A DNA stretch of 63,989 nucleotides, filler included, from Thelocarpon superellum (Eukaryota): NCBI GenBank assembly GCA_026025795.1. It is 5 parts of 5 records of this genome, joined end to end, with 100 filler letters (N's around TTAATTAATTAA, not from the genome) between each part and the next. Parts side by side here need not be neighbours in the genome. Positions count along the whole stretch, not along the records: positions 39,464 to 52,473 come from JAPEUG010000468.1; positions 52,574 to 63,989 come from JAPEUG010000501.1; 3 more parts are not named here. One strand, written 5' to 3'. The position numbers and the translations under genes were made by a program. Below the pieces are notes generated by a model. It worked only from the letters and a program-made list of their open reading frames with translations, was not told where the DNA came from and did no database searches. Positions 47,189 to 60,026 of this stretch are shown piece after piece (the stretch's first letter is position 1; every line of letters starts with the position of its first letter).

Positions 47189-49660
47189 TCAGGCACCGCG
47201 TCGCGCCGTCGTACTCATCAGCGTAATCTTCTTGCCCTTCTTCTTCTTGTTGGACGAGGAGGCGGACGGTGGATTCAGGGCGGACATGGAGTTGGCGTCG
47301 CCGTGGATGGACGCCGCTTGGAGTTGGGCTATCAGCTCGCTCTCGCTCTGCAGCACGTCTGGCTCCCAGCCTTGCAGCCAGCCATCGTGATCGGACATGT
47401 CGTGGTCATGCGTGTCCGCGGCCGAGGTCGGTGGGGAGGCGGGAGCGACGGCGGCCGTACCCCAGACGGTGCGCGGCGCCACGGGACTCGAGGAGGGAGA
47501 GGCCAAGGAGGCAAAGGCGGAGCCCTGGTAGGTACGGGCCGAAGGCCAGGGCGGCGAGGAGGACGTGCCGGAAACGTCAATGCCAGCGGACGAGCTGAGG
47601 GCTGGCGCTCGACTGGCCACGTCATCCGAGAAGGTGTCGCGGACGGTGCTAGGGCGTTTCCGCCGCGCCGCCGCCCATCGTTTGTCCTCCTCCTCCTTTT
47701 CTGCCTGCACGCGTTGCTTCTCTTCTCGCATCTCTTTCTCGTGATTCTTCTTGCGCCGTCGCTCAAGGTCCGGCTGGAATCGATGCAGGATCTCGGATAC
47801 CACCACGTCGGTCCAATCGCACTCGAGGAAGGCCACCTCGCACCCCTGTGGAAGGTGGGCGAGGTACTTGGCTCGCCGTCGCAACTCGTCATCGACAATG
47901 TGTCCTGTCGACACGTGTTCCACGCGGGGCAAGATGGTGGAGGGAAAGGAGGCAAAGTTGCCAAAGGCAGCCTTCAGGATGCGGATGTCAAGAGGCGACA
48001 GGTAGTAGTGCAGCAGCGCTTGGTAGAAGTAGTAGGGGGCGTCATGTGGATGACCCTCCGGTTCCTTCATCCGACCGCGCCCCAAATGGGATGGGATGGT
48101 CGAAACTTGTGCGGCCTGCGACAACGGTCGAGCCATCGCGGTCAGACCTGGGGCATCCCGGTCCGCCGGGAGCCTCGGGATGATGCCCGGCAGCGCCGGA
48201 GCATCTGGCGTCGTCGTCGGTGGCTCCTGGCTCCGAGGCGTCGAGTGGCCTCCGGATGAGCTTTGCCCGGATCGAGCGGCATGCTCCACGAGATACATTT
48301 CAGGTACGTCGGCAGCTTCCTCGTGGAAGACGATCGGGGGCCGCTCCGCCCGTTGCTCCACCGAAGATCGAGGCGCGGGTGCGGGCGCAATGGGAGGGTT
48401 CCCAATGCCTCGAGCTCGCTCCTTGGCTTCGCGAATGGCGGCAACGGCCTTCTTGGTCCACTCGGGTTCGTCGCCATAGATCAGTTCGTCCTCCCGTTCT
48501 TGTACTTGCAGCTGCTCGATTTCGCCGTCAAACTGCGCCATCATGTAGTCCTCGGTGGCCATCATAACCCGGGCATAGTCGGACACCTCGGCGGCAAACA
48601 GCCACGGGATGTCGTCGGACCTACCCACGGTGTCGGCCCCATCGCGAGGGAGGGCCAACGTGCTGCCGGGTTGGCGGGTGATGAGTCGCAAAACCACATC
48701 GTCCCCCTCGCGCGGCGGCCTGCTTTCCTGCCCCGTGAACCAGCGGACCGGCCGCGTTTCGGAGACGTACACGCTGTCCCAGCAGATGGGGCACTTCTTC
48801 CATCGCGCCTTCTTCTCTGGCAATGGATTTGTCTCGTCGGTTGAGTGCATGTAGCGGATCAAGCATGGCAGGCAAAAAATATGCCCGCACCGGGCCATCC
48901 GGGGTGCCACGGGCGTGGACAGGCAAATGGGACAGGCCGAGCATTGCGTCTGGGCAGAGGCTAGAATCTGTAGCACGCATGACCATTCCAGATGCACGTC
49001 GGCGTCGATGGCCTGGGCATGGTAGTCGCCGCGCGGATCAACCACGAAGCGGTAGTTGGCATGCACGTATCTGTCAATCGTGAGACTCTTGACACGCGAA
49101 TGGGACCGCTGGTGGGGTGCCAGCCGCTCCCGGCACCAGCCCTACCTGGCTTGATCCACGGCCTGACGGGCGGATCCCACGCCCCAGTTGGGGTGTCGGC
49201 GGGAGAGTCGCCCATAGGGTGGATGAACGGACGTCTGCTGGGGTCGTGGTGGCAGCGAGAAATTCATCAGATGGGTGATGGACGTCTGGCCCTTCCGGCT
49301 GTTGGTAGACTTGATGGCCGCCTGATCGAGGTCAATCGCGCCCCGACGACGTTTTGGTGGGCAAGGGACGCGTCTGGACGATAGACATACCGACTCCGCC
49401 ATGGCATCCTCATCGGCGAACCGTGACTTCTTCTGGCCTCGGTGTTGTTTCCGGAAGGCTTGATTGTTCCTCGGAGAGGGCTGGGAGTTGCGTGACGCAG
49501 ACCCGGCGCTCGATGCGGCAGACGGACCGTTCCGACGCGGCCCGTAGCCCTCTGCACTCGAGGAGGCGTGGGTGGAAGGCTGGGCGAAAGGAAGATTGGG
49601 GGACGACGTGTTGCCGCCCGATTTGGCGGATGTGTGCGTCAGCGGAGCGTTCAGCGACAT
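47189..49660 (-). CDS. MAG2: RING-finger E3 ligase, Mag2/RNF10-like
   Basis: Motifs RKGQTSITHLMNFSLPPR, YVHANYRFVV, RING CPICL..CGHIFCLPC..CPIC, YYFYQ..YLSPLDIRILK and C-terminal KKKKGKKITLMST. Confidence 0.85.
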
Positions 49661-50324
49661 GACGCAGATGCAACGCCGCGAGAACCTCCCAGTCAACTCC
49701 CCCACTGGGTGGAGCGAGAGGCAGGGGACAAGTGTGGCTGAGCGTCCAATTCTACGTCGGTCAGCAGCTCCTCCTGTCTTGCCGTGTTCAGGGTCGTCAC
49801 GCAAGGCCTCTGATGGCCCCGCGATGGGTGGCGGGCAGGGAGAGATGCAAGTGCTGGCGGAGGAGGAGCACAGCGCAGATGGTATCTGAGCGCACACGTA
49901 GGAAGTACAGTACTTCGCACTGCGGAGCGAGGTCCCCTCGATCCCCCCGTAGTCGAGTCACCAAGAAATCGACTAACATTCTCGTGCGGGGCATTTCGTA
50001 GGTCAACTACGATCAAGACGCTGCCACACGGCATCCCAACCTTGATGCAGGGCCCGAGGGCCAAAACACGCTTGTTCTCATCATCTCGTTCCTTACTCGC
50101 CACCGATGTTCACTTTAACGGATCACGACTTGGGCGTCAGCTGAGGTGGCGCGGAGGCTGGAATGGATAATTCACGGTGTGGAGCCTCATCCGTCACGCT
50201 CGCTCGGGTCATGGCTAACTTTAAACCCTGTTGGCTTTTGATCTTCTCGAATACCACTTCATCGGTCGTGCTTCTGTCATTTCCGCAGAACAGATAGTCA
50301 TGGCATCCCGCCCTGCCCCGCTCC

Positions 50325-51266
50325 TCAATGGTATCCCATCCAGCACTTGAGGCCAAACGGCTTCTCGTCAACGCATTCCGCCGCGCCCGCGCCCGCCTCG
50401 ATTTGGCTTTCGAGCAGCGCACGGCAATGTTCATAACAATTATCCGGATTTTTGTAACCTCCCTTGTGGCCTTTGTACCAGCCGCGGTAGTATTTGGGAT
50501 CGAGGGTCGCATTGGTTTGGGCCGTGGGGCAATGAAGACCGTCCCAATTGCTGCCGTTGTAGCTTTGTAAACATGCCTCCCACGGCTCGGGTGAGAAGGT
50601 GCTTGGGTCCATGGGCCCCGCCGTCGCCCAGCAGTCAGGCGCGTTCGCCGGCGAGTTGAGTGAAAAGGGACCGACCTGGACGCCAACGTCGCCCGGCCAG
50701 AAAAAGAAGCCGTTCGCTCCATAGATGGAGTAGGATGAGCGACCAAGAGGATAGTAATTGTATCCCTGGTACCGATCTTGAGGGGCGGCCGTCGCCCTTC
50801 CAACTGCATAGCCCGCGGCGGCGCCAAGTACGCCTCCCGCCACCGCCCCGCCCGCCGCTCCGCCCGCCGCTGCGAGGGCCGGCTTACCCGTTGACGAGCC
50901 ACTCGAAGACCTGGAGTTGCCGGACCCACTCGTACCGGCATTCACAGGGTAGCCCGTAACCGTCCCACCCTTGCTGGCAGGGACGCCCTGCACAACACCA
51001 TTTCCTGGTCTAATTAGCCAGCATCTTACTTCGTCGTGAATGACGCGCTCACCAGATTTGGCCCCCGCGCCTCCCGCCGCAGCCCCCCAGGACCCGCTGC
51101 CGGAGCCAGCGGAGCCGCGTTGCGAAGACGTGCTTCCACTGCTTCCGCGGCTTCCACTGCTTCCGCGGCTGCCGCCGCCGCCGCTGCCACCGTGGCCTCC
51201 CGGCATCGCCTTGGTGCCGACCGCGGCGACAGTGGCCAGGAGAATAGTCAATAGTGAGCTCTTCAT
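50325..51266 (-). CDS. Secreted Gly/Ser-rich protein with C-terminal Cys-rich domain, function unknown
   Basis: Signal peptide MKSSLLTILLATVAAVGTKA, a G/S-rich linker and a ~100-aa domain with 7 Cys ending CWMGYH. A probable in-frame 42-nt intron (GTAAG..CTAAT..CAG) lies near 50988-51029. Confidence 0.7.
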   Translation of the reverse strand: MKSSLLTILLATVAAVGTKAMPGGHGGSGGGGSRGSSGSRGSSGSTSSQRGSAGSGSGSWGAAAGGAGAKSGERVIHDEVRCWLIRPGNGVVQGVPASKGGTVTGYPVNAGTSGSGNSRSSSGSSTGKPALAAAGGAAGGAVAGGVLGAAAGYAVGRATAAPQDRYQGYNYYPLGRSSYSIYGANGFFFWPGDVGVQVGPFSLNSPANAPDCWATAGPMDPSTFSPEPWEACLQSYNGSNWDGLHCPTAQTNATLDPKYYRGWYKGHKGGYKNPDNCYEHCRALLESQIEAGAGAAECVDEKPFGLKCWMGYH

Positions 51267-52473
51267 CGTTAGTATCTGGATGATGCTGCCAGGCAATGAT
51301 CTAGCAAGAACGACTGTGAGGAAGAGAGCGACGATGGTGCGAAGGACCGACAAGAGATAAGAGCGGACAGAGAGCGATAAATGTAAAGAGCGCAATAGAC
51401 GTATAAAGTACCGAATCCCATCGATTGAAGCGTGTATGGTGCATCAGTTATATCATTGGTAGAAATGCCTGACTGGACTAACCCAACATGCCCGATCAGG
51501 CATGAGGATGGGAAGTGAGCGATTATTATGTCCAAACGAACCCACAGAGCGCCTCGTTCTTCTCGTGTCCAATACGATTCTAGTCGCACCGGCAATTGAC
51601 GAGTCGATCCCCCATCCGGCCATCGAGGGCCACTTTGCAGACCACTGCCCGCTCAAGATTGAGGCCTTGATCGAAGTGATGTCGCTTGGACAGGTTGGCG
51701 TTGTGCATCCTCGGTGCATTGGCAGGGGGCAGGCGTCCGCGCATGATGTCTGCAGGACATGAGTGGTTCGCATGGACCTGCAATGGTCAAAGACCTCTCT
51801 CATGCCGAAGGGTACGACTCGGCTACGCCAGCGGGATTCGGCGGAGCTGATTGACGGCTCGAAAGACTGTTCTAGAGCGCTGGTCATCGCGGTGTCTCAT
51901 GCGGATCTCGACAAATGCTGGACCCGGTGCCCGTTCGACGGGGAGAGAGGAATTGAATCGTTCTTGAAGAACTTCGTGTCGCGCTCGCTCTTTGCGTTCC
52001 TCACCCTGGAAGACTCGCGGCCCCGCCCGCGACAGACTTGACCTCGCGTCACGTGGCTCTAATCGAACGCAAACGGTCGAGGTTCGAGCGATTAGTAAGT
52101 GAATCGAAGCAACCGCGGAAAGAGCGCGTGCATCTTATCATATGCTGACCGTAGTCGGCTGTTTCCTTTTGCTCTGCACGAATAGAAGTGGTGGACATTT
52201 CAAGCAGTGTGTCCCAGCCAACACATCATCTCGCTCGTACCTTCCTCCAAGATCTTCGTGATCAAAGAGTAGGAACCCTCATGATCCATCTGCATTTGCA
52301 ACAGAAGTCCCACATTGAATTGATGCATTATGTCGACAATGTCTCAAGAACCGACAACGGAGATCCGACTTGGCCTTGGTAAGCCGCCCACGTTCAAGCC
52401 GTGTGGAGCGTAGACAACGGCGCGCCTGGGCTTGGTCCGAGCGTCTGCCACAGCTACGCGGGTTCGCAGCGCC

Positions 52474-52573
52474 NNNNNNNNNNNNNNNNNNNNNNNNNNN
52501 NNNNNNNNNNNNNNNNNTTAATTAATTAANNNNNNNNNNNNNNNNNNNNNNNNNNNNNNNNNNNNNNNNNNNN
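52474..52573. other. Artificial contig linker
   Basis: Same N44-TTAATTAATTAA-N44 structure. Confidence 0.97.
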
Positions 52574-53497
52574 TGGGCATGACCGATGAGAGACTGGGCG
52601 GTGGGACGAGGAGAGAAGCCTGGCCGTGACGGAATGAGGTTTGACGGGGAGGTGGATCTCTTTCGTCGAAGATGTTTGATCCCAAATTGGCAGGAGAAGT
52701 AAGAGAGGAGACGGACACAACTGCAGTGGCCATCTGGATTGTCATGAAGGATGTCATTGGTTCAAGATAGTCATGCGTTGGGCGAGGATTGGCTTCGCTG
52801 GAGCCGAATCGGAGGAATCGCTGTAACCGCAAGGCTGGAGGACATTGTCATCCCGTCTACCTGACTGCCCGGTGCGAGTGGAGGATTCCTCGACTTCGAA
52901 GGCTGATGAGCCTTCTTCAAGCTTGTACAGCACTCCTCGGGGAGACATCGTGGAAAGAATCACGATCTGTAGTCCTGAATCCGGGTCGATCATGTTCGTA
53001 TCCGGCGAGTCAAAGATTGAGCCGTAGCACAGCCTGCATTCACGTGATGTATCACGTGAACGCATCACGTGAAGTATCCCTGAGTGTTCACCCTCAACAC
53101 CCGCAAACACGGAGGCGTAACTCTTCATTATGCCTCATGGACATGAATAATTCACAAAGATGGCAGATTGCTGTTACATATCAATATACCCACTACATCG
53201 ATAATGCTGTTCAATGTTGGTTATAGCTTGTTTAAGCCGGAATATCAAAGAGTTCATCGGCGGACACATCGCTCGAATTAGCTACATCGATAGCCTCCGA
53301 AGGCCAGGGAGGGGCGATTATAAAATGTCCTCGCTGGTCCACATTCCAAAATCCATCGGGTTGTCATCATCGGTTCCATCTTCCAACAGAACAGAGACCT
53401 GCCTCGCAGTCAAGCACGGTCTCACAGCAACATCCAGCATCACTCGCTCTTCGTCTCCTGCTTTCCCGGTCGGCTTACCACCAATCCATCAAACACC

Positions 53498-54754
53498 ATG
53501 TGCATCCAGATCCTGGGTCGCTACCGCTGTAGCCATGTGACAGAAGACCCCGGCTGCCATTGGTTCTGCTGTCCTTCGGGCTCGATTGCACGGCAGAGCT
53601 CCATCTGTATGAAGCAGCTGACGTACAACTCCGACACCATCTGCACCAACTGCCGCCTAGAACGCGTTCGACAGACCCAGGTGCAGCTGCTGCACTACCA
53701 GGAGCGCTATGACGCTGCGTATGTCCGCGTCGAGCAGCATCCCGGCGGTGGGCTCGGACCCGTGCAAGAGCTCCAGCTCCTGGAGCGAGAATGGATCGAC
53801 GTTCGACGATCGGCCGAGGTCGAACTCCAACGCCTGGAGCGTGAGGGGAGTGCGGATCTCGTGAAGAAGAACTGGCTGATGCGTCAGATGCGTCGGATGG
53901 AGGGTGAGGATCCCTGGGGGCAAGGCCACCATGTCGGTCCCATCTCACCGCACATGACTCCGGGCTGGGGAGCTCGATCGCAATGGGGGATCGCGGGCGT
54001 CGCATCGCTGATGCGGGCGCGGGCACAAGGCGCTCCGGGAGGACAAGCTCATGTGTCGCCACAGGCCGGTCCAATGGCGGCGCCCATGACACCTTCGATA
54101 CCGCTGGCAAATAGCCAAACAAATGCTGTGGTCGACGAGATGCCCAGCTATGCACCGCCAACGTACGCTCCGACGCCTCGTCCCACGCTGAGCATGGAGA
54201 CCGCGGCGTTGGCGGGTAGTCTGGGTCAGCCTCTGGCGGAGGACCGAGAATTCGCCAATCGCATCCAGGCGACTTCCAGCCAGCCAGTGACATCAGCGAC
54301 TCAGCACGGAGTCGGTCTTTTCAGCGATGCACCCACCGGTGTCGCTCAGTGGTCCGCCAACTATACCCAGCCGGCGCCGGCCAACGAAACAATAGAGGCC
54401 CAGACCTTCGAGGTTCCAGGTCGCACGTCACAGATGCCGTTCCAGAACGCACTGATCAACCCGGTGGACGGGTTCCCGTCACTGGAATACATTCCGGCGA
54501 GCCTTTATGGCCAACTGGACCAGCAGTTTACCTTCCAGCCCGGACTATCCCTACCTCAGGATGTCCAGCAGTCAGTAGACCAAGGAGTCGCGAATCCGAA
54601 TGACCACGCACAAACGGACGATGCGGCAAACGACGGGATGAATTGCCACGGAGACTTTGAGCAGGAAAACGGCAATGAGGACACGGAAGATAAAGGTGAG
54701 GAGGAGGATGAGAGTGACAGCGAGATAGATGACGACGAACTAAGTGGATGTTGA
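53498..54754 (+). CDS. Hypothetical protein with N-terminal Cys/His cluster, coiled coil and acidic tail
   Basis: 418-aa ORF in ACACCATG context, with TATAAAA ~180 bp upstream. Begins MC..Y.CSH..C..CC..C..CTNC. Confidence 0.6.
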   Translation: MCIQILGRYRCSHVTEDPGCHWFCCPSGSIARQSSICMKQLTYNSDTICTNCRLERVRQTQVQLLHYQERYDAAYVRVEQHPGGGLGPVQELQLLEREWIDVRRSAEVELQRLEREGSADLVKKNWLMRQMRRMEGEDPWGQGHHVGPISPHMTPGWGARSQWGIAGVASLMRARAQGAPGGQAHVSPQAGPMAAPMTPSIPLANSQTNAVVDEMPSYAPPTYAPTPRPTLSMETAALAGSLGQPLAEDREFANRIQATSSQPVTSATQHGVGLFSDAPTGVAQWSANYTQPAPANETIEAQTFEVPGRTSQMPFQNALINPVDGFPSLEYIPASLYGQLDQQFTFQPGLSLPQDVQQSVDQGVANPNDHAQTDDAANDGMNCHGDFEQENGNEDTEDKGEEEDESDSEIDDDELSGC

Positions 54755-55269
54755 GAGACGGAGACTGGCGACGCTAAATAGACTTGTGCTCGGCGCCTGG
54801 GCGGTGGGGATGGTAGACTGTTTAGGTTCAAGTAGGGAAGCAAAAGGCGTTCACTGATCAACTTGCTGCGAGGCTTCCCTGCTCTCGCGACTTTGCCGCT
54901 TCATTTGTCCGCCTCAAGCATGTCCTTTAACATTGCTGACATTGCTGAGATTCATCGACCGCCTTTTCTGTAATGACTTCAGGCCCTGGAGCAGTCATCG
55001 GATCAGATCGTTGATACCGTTTTCACGCACCATGGCAGTATGCAAGGTCAGTGGTGCACAACGCGCATCCAGCGTTGTTCCCGATGACCTTACATGAATA
55101 GCAGAAGAACAACTGACACAACACTGGGCGGACATTGAATGAATACAGCGCGGACACTGCACGAACATCGCGCGAACGCTTTGCGCACGCCGGACTGGTC
55201 CTGATATAGTCGCAGCGATGGCGCCGATCGCCTCACCTCGCAGGTCGCAGGTCCACAGGGGCGGACGCC

Positions 55270-56145
55270 ATGCAAGTCGAGTACAACAAGATCGCGCACG
55301 AAGCCAGCCTGATCACGACCACGATGGCAGGCCACGGCCAGTCTTCTCTTTCGCGGCGGATGACCATAGGGGGGGTGTATAGGCCCTCAGCGAGCGGACC
55401 ACAAGCATCGGTGCCGGCCTCCGACACGCGTGGGTCGATGTGGCTCATACGAACCCTTCTGACGATATATCAGGGTGGTTCTCCTGCTCCGATTGGGGCA
55501 GGTACGCAGGAGGGCGTATCCTACGCCACCGGGCCAGACGAGCTCGATGAGGCCCAGGAGCGGAGATGCGAGGCAGCCGCGCACCTCTCCCGGAGCCGGC
55601 AGACGCTGCGGCACGAGAACGCTTCCATTCGCACCATTCCCGACCCCTGGCCCCTGCGCGCGGATGACAATAGACAAGGCCGGAGCAGCGCTCCGAGGAT
55701 CCGACCCGGCCTACACCTGCCGATGCCCAAGCGCCGAGAAGTGAAAACGGCAGGGGAGCTCCGAGCCAACCTGGCGGAGATGAAACGAGTCCACGTGACT
55801 CTCGAGATGAGCGCGAGCCGTGATCAGCAATACATCCGCCGCCTGGAGGAGGAGGTCCAGTGGCTGCGGGAACAGCTCACTCAGGAGCGTGTGCGTCATG
55901 CCCGTCAGCCACAAGCCACCCCGTACTCGAGGTCGCCCCTAGGCCATCACACCTGGGATCCCTCCGGAGAATGTGGCGCCGAGGAAGCCGACGAGGACGA
56001 CGTGGACAGCGGGGCCAAGGATAGGGAGAAGTCTTTGGAGAGGGCCCTGGCCGAGGACACGAGGACCGGAGCGGACGCGGAGGATGCGGAGGCATGCCAC
56101 ATCCACCTACCAGCATCCCTGGTGGACATCTCCCGCAACTTTTAA
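55270..56145 (+). CDS. Hypothetical coiled-coil protein (5' structure uncertain)
   Basis: 291-aa ORF with heptad segment LRANLAEMKR..YIRRLEEEVQWLREQL and an acidic end. A possible intron lies at 55430-55473. Confidence 0.35.
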   Translation: MQVEYNKIAHEASLITTTMAGHGQSSLSRRMTIGGVYRPSASGPQASVPASDTRGSMWLIRTLLTIYQGGSPAPIGAGTQEGVSYATGPDELDEAQERRCEAAAHLSRSRQTLRHENASIRTIPDPWPLRADDNRQGRSSAPRIRPGLHLPMPKRREVKTAGELRANLAEMKRVHVTLEMSASRDQQYIRRLEEEVQWLREQLTQERVRHARQPQATPYSRSPLGHHTWDPSGECGAEEADEDDVDSGAKDREKSLERALAEDTRTGADAEDAEACHIHLPASLVDISRNF

Positions 56146-56778
56146 GCGGCTTGGGCTGGTCAGAATTGTCTTGACGTGCGTTGGGCCTCTGAGCCAGCTG
56201 TATACCAAGATGCATTGCATTGGGATGTAGGATGCGGGATATGGGATTTGGGCAGGGTACGAGGTTTAGTCACCGAGAGTAACTCCGCAGTCACGCTCCG
56301 GTTCCACAACAAATAATTGTTGAGTCCGTCGTAGTCATCGACAAGTACGAGCACGAGTATAGGGAGGCCCCACGCTCGCGTACGAGACGCGTAAGGGTGA
56401 CCAGTCGTAGCGACTCGACAAGTGAAGGAGACCCCCAAACACTAGCCGCCTCTGGTCCCTGTGCAGGTGCGAAAGTCGCCGCTCACTCCCGCCAGACCTT
56501 CCGCAGACCAATCCCGCTCAGCCAAAGGCCGTCGGTAACGAGCGGTTTCACAAACGCTCGAGTCCCAGTCTTCAAAGAATTCCTTCGGCAACCGAGTCGC
56601 GTCACGACGTGACCATCACAAGGAAACGCCCGCTCCTCTCCAGTCCTTTCTCGCATCCCCACTCCGTTGTTCTCACCCGAGCCATCCTATCCGCGGCAGA
56701 TCATCCGTTACCAGACTGATCCAGCGACACACCTGGCTCGGTCTTCCTGCTCTCCGCCGTCCCTCGTTCAACCGTTTT

Positions 56779-59700
56779 ATGCAATCAGGGCCTTTTCCAT
56801 CTGACCAGACAACCTCACCGTCCCACTCCACCCCAGATCTCCACGCCCCTTCCTCTCAACATGGATGCTCCCCTTCGTCTCCGGAACTCCCACGCCGTCC
56901 CCGTCATGGTGACCGTGGTCCCACGCGACGTGGCACCGGGTCCAGCACCGGTGGCCAGAGCCGCGCCAGTGGCTCCTCGTCGCCCTCGCAATCCTCGTCG
57001 GATGATGCCTGGGCCGAAGAGCTGTCCTGGCTGAACAGCGCTGCGGCCACCTTGAAGTCGCCGCCGTCTATTGATCGTATCACGGAACATGAGAATGCTC
57101 GATCTCCTCGTCCCTCCCGACCGTCGCAAGGCCCTGCCTTCCAGGTGACCGGCCGTAGCACGACGGAGCTGGATGAGGCATCATCCCTCGCACGTTTTCC
57201 GAATGGTACGACTCCCGTCTGACATAGAGAGACGGGCGCTGCCACTGATCACACCAAACAGAGGTCTTAACGCATCTGCTGTCCCACCTGCCGCCGTCGT
57301 CGCTGGCCACCGTCGCCCTCGTGTCTCGCCAGTTCTACGGCTTGGTCACGACACCTCACGCTTGGCGCATTGCCTTTGCCCGATTCTTCCCGGGGCCTGA
57401 TGCGATGCATGCCGCCGTCGGACTGCAAGACTCCGACCGTCGCATGTTTAGCCGGCTGACCCGACTGGCATCGTGGCGAAGTGAATATGTCCTGCGCACA
57501 CGCCTGATGAGATCCTTGGCACGTGGCAAGCCACTTCAAGGCAGTGCCCCCTCGGCCGGCCGCTCCCCGACTTCGTCCCGTGCTGGTGCGCACCATCCGC
57601 TGAGCCAGGCCACGGTCACGTACAACACCCAGCTCCTGACCACCGTGACCCACATGCACTCCACGTTCGGCACCGGCGCCAGCAAGCGGCTCCCACGCTT
57701 CATCCATGGCGCCGATGAGATGGGCGCCGCTTGCAGCAGTGATCCCCGTGCCGGGAAGGTCGATCAGTGGGGCTTTTCAGACCCGCAAAGCTTTCTTCAA
57801 TTCGCCGACCGCTTCCCTGGTGACGCGCAGTGGGGTCTCGGCGCCGGCGAGGTCGTCGGTGTGCCCAACGTCATGGACGTGAGCCAGCCCTACGGCGTCG
57901 TCTACGGTGAGGGCTCTCCGGGTGGCTTGATTTACTTTCGCGGCGCCGACGAACTACGCGGGCGCTTCTTGCCCGCCTCCACGACCGACGCCGCGCCGGA
58001 AATGGGCATTCCTCACGTCCCGGGTGCGACGGAGTCCATCTGCGCCCTCTGGATGGCCAAGTCGTCCACGATTGTGCACGTGACCAATGGCCTGATCGGC
58101 ATCATGGCCGGATCATCGCAGGGCATCATCTCCGCCTATTCCATGGGTACCGACGGCCTGGGCGACCAACGCCTGTCGCGCGGAGAGGTGACGGCGCGGT
58201 GGGCCGTGAGTCCCGGTGTGCCCATCGTCGCCATCGTGGTCGATGAACTCTCGAGCGCGGCGCGTGCAGCACGTGGCCAGATATGGGCCGTGGCCCTGAA
58301 TGCCCTGGGCGAGGTCTTTTGTCTCACCGGTCGACCACGCCGCCCGGCCAGCGCGCGTGCCACCAAGCTCGATACCGTCGGTGCCGATCGCATGGCCTGG
58401 ACAACCGGTCGATCTGTGTCCTGGAGCTTGCTTGGGCCGACGCGACGCATCCCACGCGTCGACCCCTTTGACACCTCGACGCATGACGGGACCCTGGCAC
58501 CGCGATCATCCAGCGACGCCATGGCCCTATCCACGGCACAATTGGCGCAGGAGACACGTGAGGTGGAGGCATTCTTGCGTCACCCTCCCAAGCATTTTCG
58601 GCGCGTGTGTGAAGGCTGGGACATGCGACGGAAACTGGCGGTGGATTTTGCCGGTCTGGATGGTGAGGGCATGGGACAGTCCATCATCGTCGTATCTAGC
58701 GACGCCGAAGACAAGGCGGCTGGAGTGAAGAGATGGACCAGCTGCGCAACGGCAGCGACGACAACGCGAGAGTGGCATCTGACTCACTTTGATCTGGGCG
58801 GCGCGGCAGAGGAAAAGGTCACCGTCACGGCCATGGACGAGTCCAAGTTCGCTGCCCTCGCGGCGTTTGAAGACCCGGTCTTGGATGCGTCGGACCCAGC
58901 GACGCCGTCGTCTCGCCTGTTTGAGGTCCCCGGTCACCGCGCCCGTTTCTTCGCCGTCGGAACCGCCTCGGGCACCGTGATCGTGTGGGATGTGCGTGCG
59001 CCCACGTCCCGTGCCGCCACGCTTGACAACGTGGTCCTGCCCCTACGAGTCATCCAGACGGAGTCGCCGCAGATCTCGTCCCTCGCCCTGACGTCCTTGT
59101 ACGTAGTCCATGGGGGAAATGATGGCTTGGTGCAGGCGTGGGACCCGCTCGCGTCGTCGTTGCAGCCCATCCGGACCCTACATAGCCGTTTCTCGTCTCG
59201 GGCACGACGCCGGCTCATCCAGGCCGAAGCGTCGGCCCAGGGTACGGGGATCAATCTCTTCGCGGCTGGGGCCATCTGTCTCGACCCAGATCCCTGCGTG
59301 CTGCGCGGGGTGGTGTCGCTTGGTACGCACCTTCGCTACTGGAGCTACAGTTCCTCTGCGGTCGACCAATACTCCGGGCGGAAGCGGCGTCTGCGACGAA
59401 GTGAGCGTGGGAGCAATGGCATGAGCGACCGTTTCTCCGGCACGGGGCGCGGGGCGCTCCACGACTACATCGCCAACGAGAAGCTGGAGCTCGAGCGGGA
59501 GAAGGAGCGGAAACGCCGGGACGCGGATCACCTCGCCGGCCGGTTCGGGGTGGGCTTGCTGGGACATGGAGAGAGTGAGGAGGAGCTCCTCGCCTACGCC
59601 CGTCTGCTGAGTGAAGAGGCGTATGCGCAGGAGGAAGAGAAGCGAAAGAGCGAGAGCGATGGTCACCGCAGCGAAAGTCACGACACCCGGAGCAGTGACC

Positions 59701-60026
59701 CCGTCAGTGCCTTGGGCATGTCTTCTCCGCACGCAGGTGCCGAAGCGGTTGACGCTGACGTGGCCGAGGCCATTCGCTTGTCCCTCATGGAAGAAGAAGT
59801 GGAGCGTGTGCGTGGTGGCAGCGCCCGTGGCAGTCCCGTGGATTATCCCATCCGGTATGTGACGCGTCGCCGCACATCCTCCTCGTCGCCGCGTCACGGC
59901 GTGTCCGGCCAGGAAGCTCGGATGACTGCGGTGGACGAAGACCTTGATCTGGCTCTGCAACTGAGTCTCGCAGAGGAGACGAGTCGAAAGGAAGTGGCCG
60001 GGAAGGGGAAGCGACGTGCTTCCTAG
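56779..60026 (+). CDS. F-box/WD40 protein with C-terminal UIM-like motifs (Pof10-like)
   Basis: Intron 57206-57261 joins LARFPN/EVLTHLLSHLP..VSRQF (F-box). WD repeats GTVIVWD and GGNDGLVQAWD. UIM-like DVAEAIRLSLME and DEDLDLALQLSLAE. Confidence 0.85.

Noticed and set aside
52574..53230. Possible minus-strand gene at the start of contig 5
   Set aside because: The ORFs are short, with no recognisable homology or convincing splice structure.
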